A stretch of DNA of 64,000 nucleotides from Spirilliplanes yamanashiensis (GCF_016863475.1 NZ_BOOY01000009.1:1-64000), one strand, 5' to 3'; positions 44,714 to 54,784 are shown, counted from the first letter of the stretch. Program-made: numbers and translations. The notes: a model not told the origin generated them from the sequence alone.

Positions 44714-46309
44714 GTGGTGGACGGTTCGGTCGCCGAGTTCGAGCAGCTCGCCGCCGGGTTGACCGCGCTCGAGGACAGGTTCGTGTGGGACGTCGCGGCG
44801 ACGCTCGACGCGGCCGAGCGCCTGGAGCGCGAGGCGGCGCTGCTCGGCGACGAGGAGCTGGCGGTCCGCGCCCGCCTCGTGCAGGCCAACATGTGGATGC
44901 GCCGGGGCGACATCGCGGCCGCCGCCCGCCGCATGCGCGAGATCGACCAGTGGGCGGACGAGAACGACCGGTCGATGATCCGAGCGCGCGCCCAGCTGCT
45001 GCTCACGAGCGTGCACCACCTGCTCGGCGACCCCGCCACCAGCCTGGAGCACGCCATCCGCGCCGTCGAGTACCTGGACGCCGGCGCGACGCCGCACGCC
45101 ACCGTGTGGCACCGGGTGAAACTGGCCGACGCGCTGGCCGAGGCGGGCTCGATCGCGGCGGCGCGCACCCGCTACGAGCAGGCCGAACAGCTCGCCGCCG
45201 CGCACGGCGCGCACCGGCTGCACATGGCGGTGCTCAACAACCGCGCCTACTCCGAGTACGCCGCCGGCGAGCACGAGCAGGCCGCCGCGGTGGTGGACCG
45301 GCTGCGGGCGAAGGCGGCGGCGCACGGGTTCCCGCTCGACCCGGCCGACCTCGACACGATCGGCAACATCCAGATCGGCAACCACCGGTACGCGGACGCC
45401 GAGCGCACGCTGCACGCCTGCATCGCCCTGCACGCCGAGGGCCGGCACGGCACCGCCGACCAGCTCGCCGAGTACCTGCTGACGCTCTGCCGGGCGCAGC
45501 GCGGGCTGGGCGCGACCGAGCGGGCGCAGCACACGCTGGACGCCAGCCGGCGGATCTGCGAGGAGCGCGGGCTCGGCGAGGTGCTCGTCCGGGTGCACCA
45601 GGAGCAGGCCGAGCTGCACGCCGCCCGGGGCGAGTTCGCGCAGGCGTACGCAGTGCACAAGGCGTTCTTCGCCGCCTACGACCGGTTGCACTCGTCGCGG
45701 CGGGAGGCGCAGGCGCGCACCCGGCAGGCGATGTTCGAGACGGCCGAGGCGCGCGAGGAGGCCGAGCGCTTCCGCGAGCAGGCCCGCCGCGACCCGCTGA
45801 CCGGGCTGCGCAACCGCCGGTTCGTCGACGAGCAGCTGCCCGCGCTCATCGCCGACCCGGGCGCGCCGGTGACCATCGCGATCCTCGACCTCGACCACTT
45901 CAAGCGGGTCAACGACGAGCTGTCGCACGACGTCGGCGACCAGGTGCTGCGCGTGGTGGCGGGCCTGCTGGACGCGGAGGTGGCCGAGCTGGCGCCGGCC
46001 GGGTTCGCGGCGCGCCTGGGCGGCGAGGAGTTCCTGCTGGCGCTGCCCGGACTGACCGCCGCGACCGCGGTGGCCTGCCTCGACCTGCTGCGGGTGCGGA
46101 TCCGGTCGTACCCGTGGGCGGAGGTGACCGGGCGCCTGCCGGTGACGGTGAGCATCGGCGCGGCCAGCACCGACGACGAGGTGGAACCGACCCAGCGCGG
46201 CCTGCTGTCCACAGCGGACAGCAACCTGTACGCGGCCAAGCGCGGCGGCCGCGACCGCGTGGTGACGGGCGCCGCGCACGGGCTGCGGCGGCACCGGAGC
46301 GGGGCGTAG
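44714..46309 (+). CDS. Diguanylate cyclase (GGDEF) with N-terminal TPR-like helical sensor region
   Basis: RDPLTGLRNRRF...ILDLDHFKRVND...RLGGEEFLLAL carries the GGEEF active-site motif. Confidence 0.85.
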   Translation: MVDGSVAEFEQLAAGLTALEDRFVWDVAATLDAAERLEREAALLGDEELAVRARLVQANMWMRRGDIAAAARRMREIDQWADENDRSMIRARAQLLLTSVHHLLGDPATSLEHAIRAVEYLDAGATPHATVWHRVKLADALAEAGSIAAARTRYEQAEQLAAAHGAHRLHMAVLNNRAYSEYAAGEHEQAAAVVDRLRAKAAAHGFPLDPADLDTIGNIQIGNHRYADAERTLHACIALHAEGRHGTADQLAEYLLTLCRAQRGLGATERAQHTLDASRRICEERGLGEVLVRVHQEQAELHAARGEFAQAYAVHKAFFAAYDRLHSSRREAQARTRQAMFETAEAREEAERFREQARRDPLTGLRNRRFVDEQLPALIADPGAPVTIAILDLDHFKRVNDELSHDVGDQVLRVVAGLLDAEVAELAPAGFAARLGGEEFLLALPGLTAATAVACLDLLRVRIRSYPWAEVTGRLPVTVSIGAASTDDEVEPTQRGLLSTADSNLYAAKRGGRDRVVTGAAHGLRRHRSGA

Positions 46310-46837
46310 ATGCGGCTGGTCGTCATGGCGGACACCCACGTGCCGAAGCGGGCGCGGGACCTGCCGCCGGAGCTGTGGGCGGCCGTCGACGCCGCCGACG
46401 TCGTGGTGCACGCCGGCGACTGGGTGGACGTGCCGCTGCTGGACGCCCTGGAGGCGCGCAGCCGGCGGCTGATCGCGGTGTACGGCAACAACGACGGCCC
46501 GGAACTGCGCCGCCGCCTGCCGGAGGTGGCCCGCGCCGACCTGGACGGGCTGCGGCTGGCGGTGGTGCACGAGACCGGCGGCCGGGACGGTCGCGAGCGG
46601 CGGTGCGCGACCCTGTTCCCGGACACGGACGTGCTGGTCTTCGGCCACTCGCACATCCCGTGGGACACGACCGCGCCCGGCGGGTTGCGGCTGCTCAACC
46701 CCGGCTCGCCGACGGACCGCCGCCGGCAGCCGCAGTGCACGTACCTGACGGCGGCCGTGGCGGGCGGACGCCTCGCGGACGTCCGCCTGCACCCGGTCAG
46801 CCGAGGGAACGCAGCCGGGGCTGCAGCTCCTTCGTGA
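46310..46837 (+). CDS. Metallophosphoesterase (YfcE-like)
   Basis: MADTH, GD, GNND and GHSHIP metal-binding motifs are present. The ATG overlaps the cyclase stop codon. Confidence 0.75.
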   Translation: MRLVVMADTHVPKRARDLPPELWAAVDAADVVVHAGDWVDVPLLDALEARSRRLIAVYGNNDGPELRRRLPEVARADLDGLRLAVVHETGGRDGRERRCATLFPDTDVLVFGHSHIPWDTTAPGGLRLLNPGSPTDRRRQPQCTYLTAAVAGGRLADVRLHPVSRGNAAGAAAPS

Positions 46838-47756
46838 AGAAGTCCAGGAAGCCGTCCGGGTCGGGCCCGGCGTTCATGAGCACGAGGTGGTCGAAGCCCG
46901 CCTCCGCGTAGGGCTTCGCGGCCTCGACGTGCGTCTCCGGGTCGGGGCCGCACGCGAACTGCTTCCTGACGTCGTCGACGGTGACCGTGGCCGACGCGGC
47001 CTCGAAGTTCACCGGGTTCGGCAGCTCGGCCATCACCTTCCAGCCGGTCACCGCCCACCGGCTGGTCGTCCAGGCGGCCTGCGCCGCGGCGTCGGCGTCG
47101 GGCGCCCACGCGACCGGCACCTCGGCGTAGCGCGGGCCGGTGCCGCCACCCGCGGTGTACGCCTCGACCAGCTCGGCCTTCGGCTCGGTGGCGAACAGGC
47201 CGTCGCCCAGCTCGGTGGCGATCTTCACCGAGGCGGGGCCGCTGACCGCGACGGCGATCTCCGGCAGCCGGTCCGGCAGGTCGAAGACGCGGGCGTCCTC
47301 CAGCTGCAGGTGCTTGCCCTCGTACGACTGGTAGCCGCCCTGCCACAGCAGCCGGATGATCTCCAGCGCCTCGCGGAACCGCTCGTGGCGCCCCCGCACG
47401 CTGGGGAAGCCCTGGCCGACGACGTGCTCGTTGAGCCGTTCGCCCGCGCCGACGCCCAGCGTGAACCGGTTGTCGGACACGATCGCCAGGGTGGCGGCGG
47501 CCTGCGCGATGATCGCCGGGTGGTAGCGCCCGCTCGGGCACGTCACGCCGGTGGCCAGGCGCAGCCGGGTGGTCTTCGCGGCGATGGCGCCGAGCACCGT
47601 CCAGGCGAACGGCGAGTGGCCCTGGTCGTCGAGCCACGGGTGGTAGTGGTCGCTGATCTCGACGAAGTCGAACCCGGCCTCCTCGGCCCGGACGGCCTGG
47701 CGGATCAGCTCCTGCGGGCCGAAGCCCTCGGCGACGAGCTTGTACCCGATCTGCAT
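46797..47756 (-). CDS. LLM-class F420-dependent oxidoreductase (luciferase-like; Fgd-like)
   Basis: MQIGYKLVAEGFGPQELIRQAVRAEEAGFDFVEISDHYHPW is typical of the family N-terminus. The track start at 47906 adds 50 aa of Arg-rich junk. Confidence 0.75.
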   Translation of the reverse strand: MQIGYKLVAEGFGPQELIRQAVRAEEAGFDFVEISDHYHPWLDDQGHSPFAWTVLGAIAAKTTRLRLATGVTCPSGRYHPAIIAQAAATLAIVSDNRFTLGVGAGERLNEHVVGQGFPSVRGRHERFREALEIIRLLWQGGYQSYEGKHLQLEDARVFDLPDRLPEIAVAVSGPASVKIATELGDGLFATEPKAELVEAYTAGGGTGPRYAEVPVAWAPDADAAAQAAWTTSRWAVTGWKVMAELPNPVNFEAASATVTVDDVRKQFACGPDPETHVEAAKPYAEAGFDHLVLMNAGPDPDGFLDFFTKELQPRLRSLG

Positions 47757-47809
47757 GCCGACCTGCCTTCCCGGCAGACCGGCACACAAACCGGGCGCGT
47801 CGATCCGGG

Positions 47810-49156
47810 TCAGCCGCGACGCCACTTCTGGTTGGCGCCGCCGACGCACGTCCACAGGTGCAGCAGCGCGCCGTTGTTGCCGTTCCACTCGGCGATGTCG
47901 ACGCACTTGTTCGCCATCGGGTTCACCAGGTCACCGGCCGCGCTGAGGACGAACTGCTGGGCCTGGTGGCCGTTGCAGGTGGCCAGCTGGATGGGCGTGC
48001 CGTCCGCGGTGGCCGCGCCGGCGACGTCCATGCACAGGTTGTTCTGGCTGCGCAGCGTGCCGCCGACGAACTCGAACGCCTGGCTGGTGATGTCCAGGCA
48101 GTCCCACACGTGCAGGCGCTGGCCGGGCGCGTAGTTCCAGTTGGGCACGTCGATGCACTTGCCGTTCCAGTTGCTGATCAGCCGGTTGCCGCTGCCGGCG
48201 GGCGGCGGGTTGCCCGGGGTGCCGGGCGTGCAGCCGTTGTCGCCGGTGACGTTGTCGGTGTGCGTGGTGCCGGCCGACCGGAACGCGTTCACCTGGGCGG
48301 TGGCCTGCGCCGGGCTGAGCACCTGCTTCTTGGCGTGGAACACGTAGTCGACGTGCTGGTGCCACACGCTGGTGCCGCCGGAGTGCCCGGTCAGGTCGAT
48401 GAACCACTGGTTGAAGTCGATCGACATGTTCTGCCGGGGGTAGAACTTGCCGCCGTGCGTGCCGACGAGCTGGCCGTCGATGTAGTACTTGATCTCGCCG
48501 TTCGCGACGGTGGCCATCACGTCGCGCCAGCCGGCGATGCTGCGGTTCTGCTTGCTGTACTGCCGGTCCTGCACCCACGGGTCGGCCTGGTACGTGTACC
48601 AGGACGTCTGGAAGTTGGTCGGGCCGCTCTCGCCCCAGCCGCCGTTGGGCAGGTACTCGGAGAAGTCCAGCTCGCTGTAGATCGGGTCGAACGCGTAGCG
48701 CAGCGGGCTGATCGTGTAGAAGGTCTGGTTCACGATGTCGCCGTCGGCGCCGGACACGGGCGTGTCGGCGAACTTGATCCGCGCGAAGTAGGTGCCCTCG
48801 AAGAAGCGCCGGTCCGACAGTGAGAACTCGGCGTGGCTGGTGCCGGCGGCCGTGCCGTTGGTGCTGGCCTGCAGGCGGGCCACCTTCTGGCCGTCCACGG
48901 TCGGGAACGAGATGTTGCCCGCCGACCAGGTCGCGCCCGGCACGCCGGGGCCGCCCTGGTTGCCGCGCAGGTGCCAGCCGCGCTGGGCGAGTGCGGGGTC
49001 GGCGTTCGAGCCGTAGGTGAAGTCGTCGAACAGCACGCCGCAGGCGACCGCGGCGCTGGAGGGCTGGGCCGCGACGATGCCGACGGCGGTGAGGGCGGCG
49101 GTCACGGCGACGGCGCCGGCGGCGAGCACCGTCCGGCGGAGCAGAGAGCGTTTCAT
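47810..49156 (-). CDS. Secreted GH16 family glycoside hydrolase with C-terminal ricin-B/CBM13 lectin domain
   Basis: A signal peptide, an ExDxxE-type motif SELDFSEY, and a C-terminal Cys-rich beta-trefoil with QQF/QKW motifs are present. Confidence 0.75.
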   Translation of the reverse strand: MKRSLLRRTVLAAGAVAVTAALTAVGIVAAQPSSAAVACGVLFDDFTYGSNADPALAQRGWHLRGNQGGPGVPGATWSAGNISFPTVDGQKVARLQASTNGTAAGTSHAEFSLSDRRFFEGTYFARIKFADTPVSGADGDIVNQTFYTISPLRYAFDPIYSELDFSEYLPNGGWGESGPTNFQTSWYTYQADPWVQDRQYSKQNRSIAGWRDVMATVANGEIKYYIDGQLVGTHGGKFYPRQNMSIDFNQWFIDLTGHSGGTSVWHQHVDYVFHAKKQVLSPAQATAQVNAFRSAGTTHTDNVTGDNGCTPGTPGNPPPAGSGNRLISNWNGKCIDVPNWNYAPGQRLHVWDCLDITSQAFEFVGGTLRSQNNLCMDVAGAATADGTPIQLATCNGHQAQQFVLSAAGDLVNPMANKCVDIAEWNGNNGALLHLWTCVGGANQKWRRG

Positions 49157-49327
49157 CGAGAACCGGCTCCTAGACGGAGGGGGACGGGAGTGTTCACAGC
49201 ATCGTGACGCCCGTCGATGCCCGTCAATGAGTTTCTAAGAATTTTTTAACATCTGGGATGCCGGGGAGCGTAATTGTTACCGCCGCTGCGGCAATTCGCC
49301 CGCTTCCCGGCGCGCGGGCCCGGCCGG

Positions 49328-51646
49328 ATGATCGACTGGACGGTGATGCTGCCGCTCCACGTCACCCGCTCCGGCGAGCCCGAGCTCCGCTTCGCGGACA
49401 CCGGCCGCCTCGTCGTCGGCCGCGACCCCGGCTGCGCGGTCGTCGTCGACGACCCGCTCGTCTCCCGCGAGCACTGCCTGCTGGAACGCCGCCCCGACGG
49501 CTGGCTGGTCACCGACACCAGCCGCAACGGCACGTTCGCCGGGGACGCCCCCGTGGGCACCCGGCTGCTCGGCCCCGGCGAGACCCTGGTGCTGCGCCTC
49601 GGCGGCCCCGGCTCCGGCCCGGCCGTGACCCTGCGCGTCGACCCGGCCCCCAACCGGCACGCCCTGCCCACGGTCTCCGGCCCGAACCCGCTCGCCGCCG
49701 CCGGCCCGGACGACGTCGTCGCCCTGCACCCCCTCGACCGCGGTCCCGTCCCGATCGGCCGGGTGCCCGACAACCGCGTCGTCGTGGACGACCTGCTGGT
49801 CTCCCGCTACCACGCCGTCGTCACGCTCACCGGGCCCGGCCGCGCCGAGGTCACCGACCTGGGCGCCCGCAACGGCACCTTCGTCAACGGCCACCCGGTC
49901 GACCGCTCCACGCTGCGCCCCGGCGACCGGCTCACCGTCGGCCGCCGCACCTTCTCCTACGACGGCCGCACCGGCCTGCGCGAACATGGCCGCGCCCGGC
50001 ACGCCGCGCTCACCGCCGACCACCTGACCGTCCGCTACGGCGACACCCCCGTGCTGGCCGACGTGTCGTTCTCCGTCGACCCCGGCACGTTCCTGGCCAT
50101 CATCGGCCCCAGCGGCGCCGGCAAGTCCACCCTGCTGCGCGCGCTCACCGGCGCCCGCGCCGCCGACCAGGGCCGGGTGCTGGTCGACGGCATCGACTTC
50201 TACCCGGCCTACGACGAGGTCCGGCACCGCATCGGGCTGGTGCCCCAGGACGACGTCCTGCACGACCAGCTCAAGGTCGGCCAGGCCCTGCGGTACGCGG
50301 CCGCGCTGCGCCTGCCCGACGACGTGCCGGCCGCCGCCCGCGACGAACGCGTCACCTCCGTGCTCGCCCAGCTCGACCTGACCGCCCGCCGCGACCTGCA
50401 GATCGCCCGGCTGTCCGGCGGCCAGCGCAAACGCGCCTCGGTGGCGATGGAGCTGCTCACCGAGCCGTCCCTGCTGTACCTCGACGAACCCACCTCCGGC
50501 CTGGACCCGCTGCTCGACCGCGAGGTCATGCGCGGCCTGCGCCACCTCGCCGACCGCGGCCGCACCGTCGTCGTGGTCACCCACAGCACCCTGCAACTGC
50601 ACATGTGCGACAAGGTCCTCGTGCTGGCCCGCGGCGGCCGCGTCGCCTACTTCGGCCCCCCGGACCGGCTGCTCGCCCACTTCGGCGCCGCCGACTACGC
50701 CGACGCGTTCACCGCCCTCAGCGACGAGGCCACCTCGTGGGCCACCCGGTACGCGACCGGCACCCAGCCCGCGGTGACCCCGCCCCCGCGTACCACCGCA
50801 CCCCTGCCGCCGAGGCAGAGCCGGCGGCGGCAGTTCGGCCTGCTCATGCACCGCCAGGCCGCCCTCGCCCTGGCCGACCGCCGCCAGCTCGGCCTGCTCC
50901 TCGGCCTGCCGTTCTTCCTGGCCGCCGTCGTCCAGACCGCCCCGTCGTCGGCGGGCCTCGCACTGCGGCCCGGCGCCCCGCCCCAGCTCGGCGCCGCCAC
51001 CCTGCTCGTCATCCTGGTCATCGGCGCCGCCTTCATGGGCATGGCCACCAGCGTCCGCGAACTCGTCGCCGAACGCCCCGTCTACCTGCGCGAATGGTCC
51101 GTCGGCCTGCGACCCGGCGTGTACCTGCTGTCGAAGATCGCCACCGCGGCCGCACTGTGCGTCGTGCAGTCGGCGCTGCTGGCGGCCCTCGGCCTGCTCG
51201 GCCGCGACCTGCCCCGGCACGGCCTCATCCTGCGCTCCGCGTGGCTGGAACTGGCCCTCGTGCTGACCCTCACCGCCCTGACGGCGGCGATGGCGGGGCT
51301 GCTGGCGAGCGCGCTCGTCTCCCGCACCGAACACACCATGCCGATCCTGGTCGTGTCCGTCATGGCGCAGCTCGTGCTCAGCGGCGGCCTGTTCAGCATC
51401 GGCGACCGCCCGTGGCTCCAGGCGATCGCGGTGGTGAGCCCGACCCGGTGGGGGTTCGCCGCGGCGGCGTCGTCGGTGGACCTGCGCGCCTTCCGGCTGC
51501 TGCTGCCCGCGGACGCGCTGTGGGTGCACACGCGCGGCGCCTTCGCGGTGGCCGTCGCGGTGCTGTCCGGGCTGGCGGTGCTGTTCGGGGTGGCGGCGCT
51601 GGTCGCGCTGCGGCGCCGGGAGGAACGGCCCCGCCGCGTGCGTTAG
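49328..51646 (+). CDS. FHA-FHA-ABC transporter (two forkhead-associated domains fused to ABC ATPase and ABC-2 permease; Rv1747-like)
   Basis: Two FHA cores (GR.P.....L.D..VSR.H; NGTFVNG) are present. Walker A GPSGAGKST, signature LSGGQRKR and Walker B LLYLDEPTSGLD follow. Six TM helices end the protein. Confidence 0.8.
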   Translation: MIDWTVMLPLHVTRSGEPELRFADTGRLVVGRDPGCAVVVDDPLVSREHCLLERRPDGWLVTDTSRNGTFAGDAPVGTRLLGPGETLVLRLGGPGSGPAVTLRVDPAPNRHALPTVSGPNPLAAAGPDDVVALHPLDRGPVPIGRVPDNRVVVDDLLVSRYHAVVTLTGPGRAEVTDLGARNGTFVNGHPVDRSTLRPGDRLTVGRRTFSYDGRTGLREHGRARHAALTADHLTVRYGDTPVLADVSFSVDPGTFLAIIGPSGAGKSTLLRALTGARAADQGRVLVDGIDFYPAYDEVRHRIGLVPQDDVLHDQLKVGQALRYAAALRLPDDVPAAARDERVTSVLAQLDLTARRDLQIARLSGGQRKRASVAMELLTEPSLLYLDEPTSGLDPLLDREVMRGLRHLADRGRTVVVVTHSTLQLHMCDKVLVLARGGRVAYFGPPDRLLAHFGAADYADAFTALSDEATSWATRYATGTQPAVTPPPRTTAPLPPRQSRRRQFGLLMHRQAALALADRRQLGLLLGLPFFLAAVVQTAPSSAGLALRPGAPPQLGAATLLVILVIGAAFMGMATSVRELVAERPVYLREWSVGLRPGVYLLSKIATAAALCVVQSALLAALGLLGRDLPRHGLILRSAWLELALVLTLTALTAAMAGLLASALVSRTEHTMPILVVSVMAQLVLSGGLFSIGDRPWLQAIAVVSPTRWGFAAAASSVDLRAFRLLLPADALWVHTRGAFAVAVAVLSGLAVLFGVAALVALRRREERPRRVR

Positions 51647-52485
51647 CCCCGCGCCGTGTGGCGCAGGATCTCCGGCACGACCACGTCCCACAGCGCCGGC
51701 GGCGGATGCTCGTGCCCCAGCCCCTCCAGCGGCACCAGCCGCGCCCCGGCGATCCGCTCGGCCAGCGCCCGCCCGTGCGCCAGCGAGAACAGCGGATCCT
51801 CCGTGCCGTGCAGGACCAGCGTCGGCGCGGTCACGGCGTCGAGGCCGGCCTTGGGCTCCGGCCCTGCCTCCGCCACCCAGTGGTTGACCTGGCTGGCCGC
51901 CATGTCCCGGGTACGGCCGACCACCCGCTCGGCGAGCCGCCGCAACCCGTCCTCGCCGATCGTCACCGACCCGGCCGCCGAGCGGACGTCCCTCATCAGC
52001 CCCTCGACGGCGGCTTCGGGGTCCGTCCAGTCCGGCGCGGGCGGCGGCTCCTGGCGCTGGCCCTGCTCCTGCTCCTCCTCGACGTCGCCCGGGCTGGTCG
52101 ACATCAGCGTCAGCGTCGCCACCCGGTCGCCGTGCTCGATCGCGATCCGCTGCGCGATCCCGCCACCCATGGACAACCCGACGACGTGGGCCCGGTGGAC
52201 CCCGAGCGCATCCAGCAGGGCGAGCGGGTCGGCCGCCAGGTCGGCGCCGGTGTACCCCGGTTCGCCCGCCGGGTAGGAGGTGGAGCGGCCGGTGTCGCGG
52301 TGGTCGTAGCGGATCACCCGGCGGCCGCCGTGGGCGAGGCGGCGGCAGAACTCGTCGGCCCACCAGTCCAGGGAACTGGCGCCGCCGGCGATCAGGAGGA
52401 CGGCGGGGTCGGCGGGGTCACCAAAGCTCTCCACGCACAGCTCGACGCCGTTCACCTGCACCATCGTCTCGCCGCTCATCGCCAT
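51643..52485 (-). CDS. Alpha/beta hydrolase
   Basis: A nucleophile elbow GLSMGG and a C-terminal GHEHP are present. Confidence 0.7.
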   Translation of the reverse strand: MAMSGETMVQVNGVELCVESFGDPADPAVLLIAGGASSLDWWADEFCRRLAHGGRRVIRYDHRDTGRSTSYPAGEPGYTGADLAADPLALLDALGVHRAHVVGLSMGGGIAQRIAIEHGDRVATLTLMSTSPGDVEEEQEQGQRQEPPPAPDWTDPEAAVEGLMRDVRSAAGSVTIGEDGLRRLAERVVGRTRDMAASQVNHWVAEAGPEPKAGLDAVTAPTLVLHGTEDPLFSLAHGRALAERIAGARLVPLEGLGHEHPPPALWDVVVPEILRHTARG

Positions 52486-52543
52486 TCCCCTCGTCCGCCC
52501 TCGTCGACCATATGAGGAGGCGGATCCGCCACGCCGGCGCGGC

Positions 52544-53116
52544 TCAGAATCGGACGTCCACGTCGCCACGTTCCTCGGCGGTGGCCTCGAAGTAGGACTC
52601 CGGGCGGTGGCCGCCGAGTCGCGCGATCAGGTTGGTGGGCACCGACTGGACGGCGGCGTTGTACGCCTGCACGGCCGTGTTGAAGAACTGCCGCGCGTAC
52701 GCGATCTTGTCCTCGGTACGCGCCAGCTCGGTCTGCAGCGCCGCGAAGTTCTCGTTCGCCCGCAGCTGCGGGTACGCCTCCGCCACCGCCAGCAGCCGGC
52801 CGAGCGCGGAACTGAGCGCCGCCTCCGCGCTCGCCTGGGTGGTGGCGCCGGTGCCGGCGGACTCGGCGGCCGCCCGCGCGGCCGTCACCACCGCGAACGT
52901 CTCGCGCTCGTGCCCGGCGTACGCCTTCACGGTCTCCACCACGTTGGGAACGAGGGAGTGACGCCGCTTGAGCTGCACGTCGATCTGCGCCCACGACGAC
53001 CGCACCTGCGTCCTCAGCCGCACCAGGCGGTTGTACGCCACCACCGCCCATCCGAGCACAACGACGACCAGGAAGGCCGCCGCGATGGCGGTGATCGCTG
53101 CCGTACCCACGGTCAT
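52544..53116 (-). CDS. LemA family membrane protein
   Basis: YNRLVRLRTQVRSSWAQIDVQLKRRHSLVPNVVETVKAYAGHERETF is the canonical LemA pattern after one TM helix. Confidence 0.8.
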   Translation of the reverse strand: MTVGTAAITAIAAAFLVVVVLGWAVVAYNRLVRLRTQVRSSWAQIDVQLKRRHSLVPNVVETVKAYAGHERETFAVVTAARAAAESAGTGATTQASAEAALSSALGRLLAVAEAYPQLRANENFAALQTELARTEDKIAYARQFFNTAVQAYNAAVQSVPTNLIARLGGHRPESYFEATAEERGDVDVRF

Positions 53117-53250
53117 TGCTCCTCCGACGACGGGATGGCTCCGCGTGTCCCGCGGCGCCGTGCCGTCGAGGCTAGGCAGCCGCCGGACGCGCACCCCAGC
53201 CTGAAAGTGCAGATCCACAGGGCACGGACCGGAGGCTCCTGCACGGCAGC

Positions 53251-54768
53251 ATGTCGGTGCACGCTGCCGGGGGGAGGGATGTCGTGAGCTGGCTGCCGCA
53301 TGTGGCGTGGCTCGTGGGTTACGTCATGGTGGTCGTCGTCGTGGGCCTGGCCGTCCGCCTGACGGCGCGGCTCACCCGCCCCGTCGTACCACCCGGAACG
53401 CCGACGCCCGACCTCATCGACACTCCCCCGGCCGTCGTCAATCTCCTCATGAACGGGCTGGCCGACGCACCTGACGCCGCCCCGGCGACGCTGCTCGACC
53501 TGGCCGCGCGGGGCCGCGTCGAGCTGTTCCCGGCCGGCGAGGAGACCCGCGTGCTGGTCCGCAACCGCCACCCCGGCGGCCTTACCGCGTATGAGCGTCG
53601 GGTGCTCGAACGGGTCACTCCACCGGGGAAGGCAGAGCCGCTGACCCTGGAAGAGGTCAGCCGGCGGCACGCCGCGGACGGCCACGAGTGGCAGCTGCGC
53701 CTGGTCGCCGAGGTGCGCCAGGACGCACAGGAACGCGGCCTGATCAGCACGGGCAAGGACAACCCCGCGACCTGGGTGTTCATCGTCGGCCTGTTGGTGC
53801 TGCTGCTGCCCACCTGCGGGGCGAGCGGGTCGCTGCTGATGCTGCTCGGCGGGGAGCGGGTGCACCCCCTGGCCGGGCTGGTGACCATGGCCGTCCTGGT
53901 CCTCGCCCTGTTCGCGGTGAGCCTGGTGCCCCTGATGCGGCTGGGCGGCTCGGCGCGCCGGGAACGGTTCACCCCCGAGGGCCGGCGGGTCGCCGGGCAC
54001 TGGGCCGGCGTGGCCGCGTGGTTGCGCGGGCACGAGGCGTTCGCCGACCTGCCGCCCGCCGCCGTGGGGCTCTGGGACAGGTACCTGGCGCACGGCGTCG
54101 CCGTCTCGGCGGCGCCGCGCGCGGCAGCCACCGTCGACCTGCGGACCGGCCGGGTGGGCCTGGTGCGCTCGACGTTCGGCGGCCGGGAACGCCTGGTCCG
54201 CGTCGACTATCCGAAGTCGACACCGTTGCGGATCACCGGCATGCGGTCCGCCCTCCGGCTCGCCACCGCCGCCGCCGGCCTGGCCGTGCTCGCGGGCGTC
54301 GTCGCGCTGCAGCGCGGACGTGCGGACGTCCTGCCGCGGCCGGTGCAGCTGTCGCTGGCGGCCGTGGGCGCGCTGCTCGCGCTGTGGTTCGCGTACCGGG
54401 TCGTCCGGTCGCTGGCCGACCTGGTGCTCCGGCGCACCGTCACGGGCCGGGTGGTGCGGCTGGTGCCGTGCAGCCAGTACCAGGACCCCCACGACCTGCT
54501 CGGGAGCGGGAAGGACACCCCGCCGGAGGTGCCGACGGAGCTGCGCGACGCCGAGGTGACCCGGGCCGGGGAGGGCTACGCGGTCACGTACGCCTACTTC
54601 GCGGTGCTGGACGACGGCGTGTCCGACCCCATCGGCGCCTGGTGGGTCTCCCCCCGGCAGGCCGCCGAGCTCCGCCGCACGCCCGACGTCGTCGCGCGCG
54701 TCGAGCCGTGGAGCCGGTGCCTGGTGGGCTGTCGCCCGCACGAGGCGTCGTCGCTCCTGCGGGTCTGA
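53251..54768 (+). CDS. Polytopic membrane protein, LemA-associated (DUF2207-like?), paralog 1
   Basis: It has 4-5 TM helices and normal composition. It is ~55-60% identical by eye to the next gene. Confidence 0.6.
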   Translation: MSVHAAGGRDVVSWLPHVAWLVGYVMVVVVVGLAVRLTARLTRPVVPPGTPTPDLIDTPPAVVNLLMNGLADAPDAAPATLLDLAARGRVELFPAGEETRVLVRNRHPGGLTAYERRVLERVTPPGKAEPLTLEEVSRRHAADGHEWQLRLVAEVRQDAQERGLISTGKDNPATWVFIVGLLVLLLPTCGASGSLLMLLGGERVHPLAGLVTMAVLVLALFAVSLVPLMRLGGSARRERFTPEGRRVAGHWAGVAAWLRGHEAFADLPPAAVGLWDRYLAHGVAVSAAPRAAATVDLRTGRVGLVRSTFGGRERLVRVDYPKSTPLRITGMRSALRLATAAAGLAVLAGVVALQRGRADVLPRPVQLSLAAVGALLALWFAYRVVRSLADLVLRRTVTGRVVRLVPCSQYQDPHDLLGSGKDTPPEVPTELRDAEVTRAGEGYAVTYAYFAVLDDGVSDPIGAWWVSPRQAAELRRTPDVVARVEPWSRCLVGCRPHEASSLLRV

Positions 54769-54784
54769 GCCGGCCGGCAGCGCC

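Noticed and set aside
44687-47787. 701-aa and 703-aa minus-strand ORFs and 708-aa plus-strand alt-frame ORF over the GGDEF/phosphoesterase/LLM genes
   Set aside because: They are alternative or antisense frames with low-complexity translations. The annotated frames contain GGEEF, metallophosphoesterase and LLM motifs.
49258-52515. 1085-aa plus-strand and 1028-aa minus-strand ORFs over the FHA-ABC transporter
   Set aside because: The Walker A/B and signature motifs are found only in the 49274/49328..51646 frame. The others are Arg/Pro/Gly junk.
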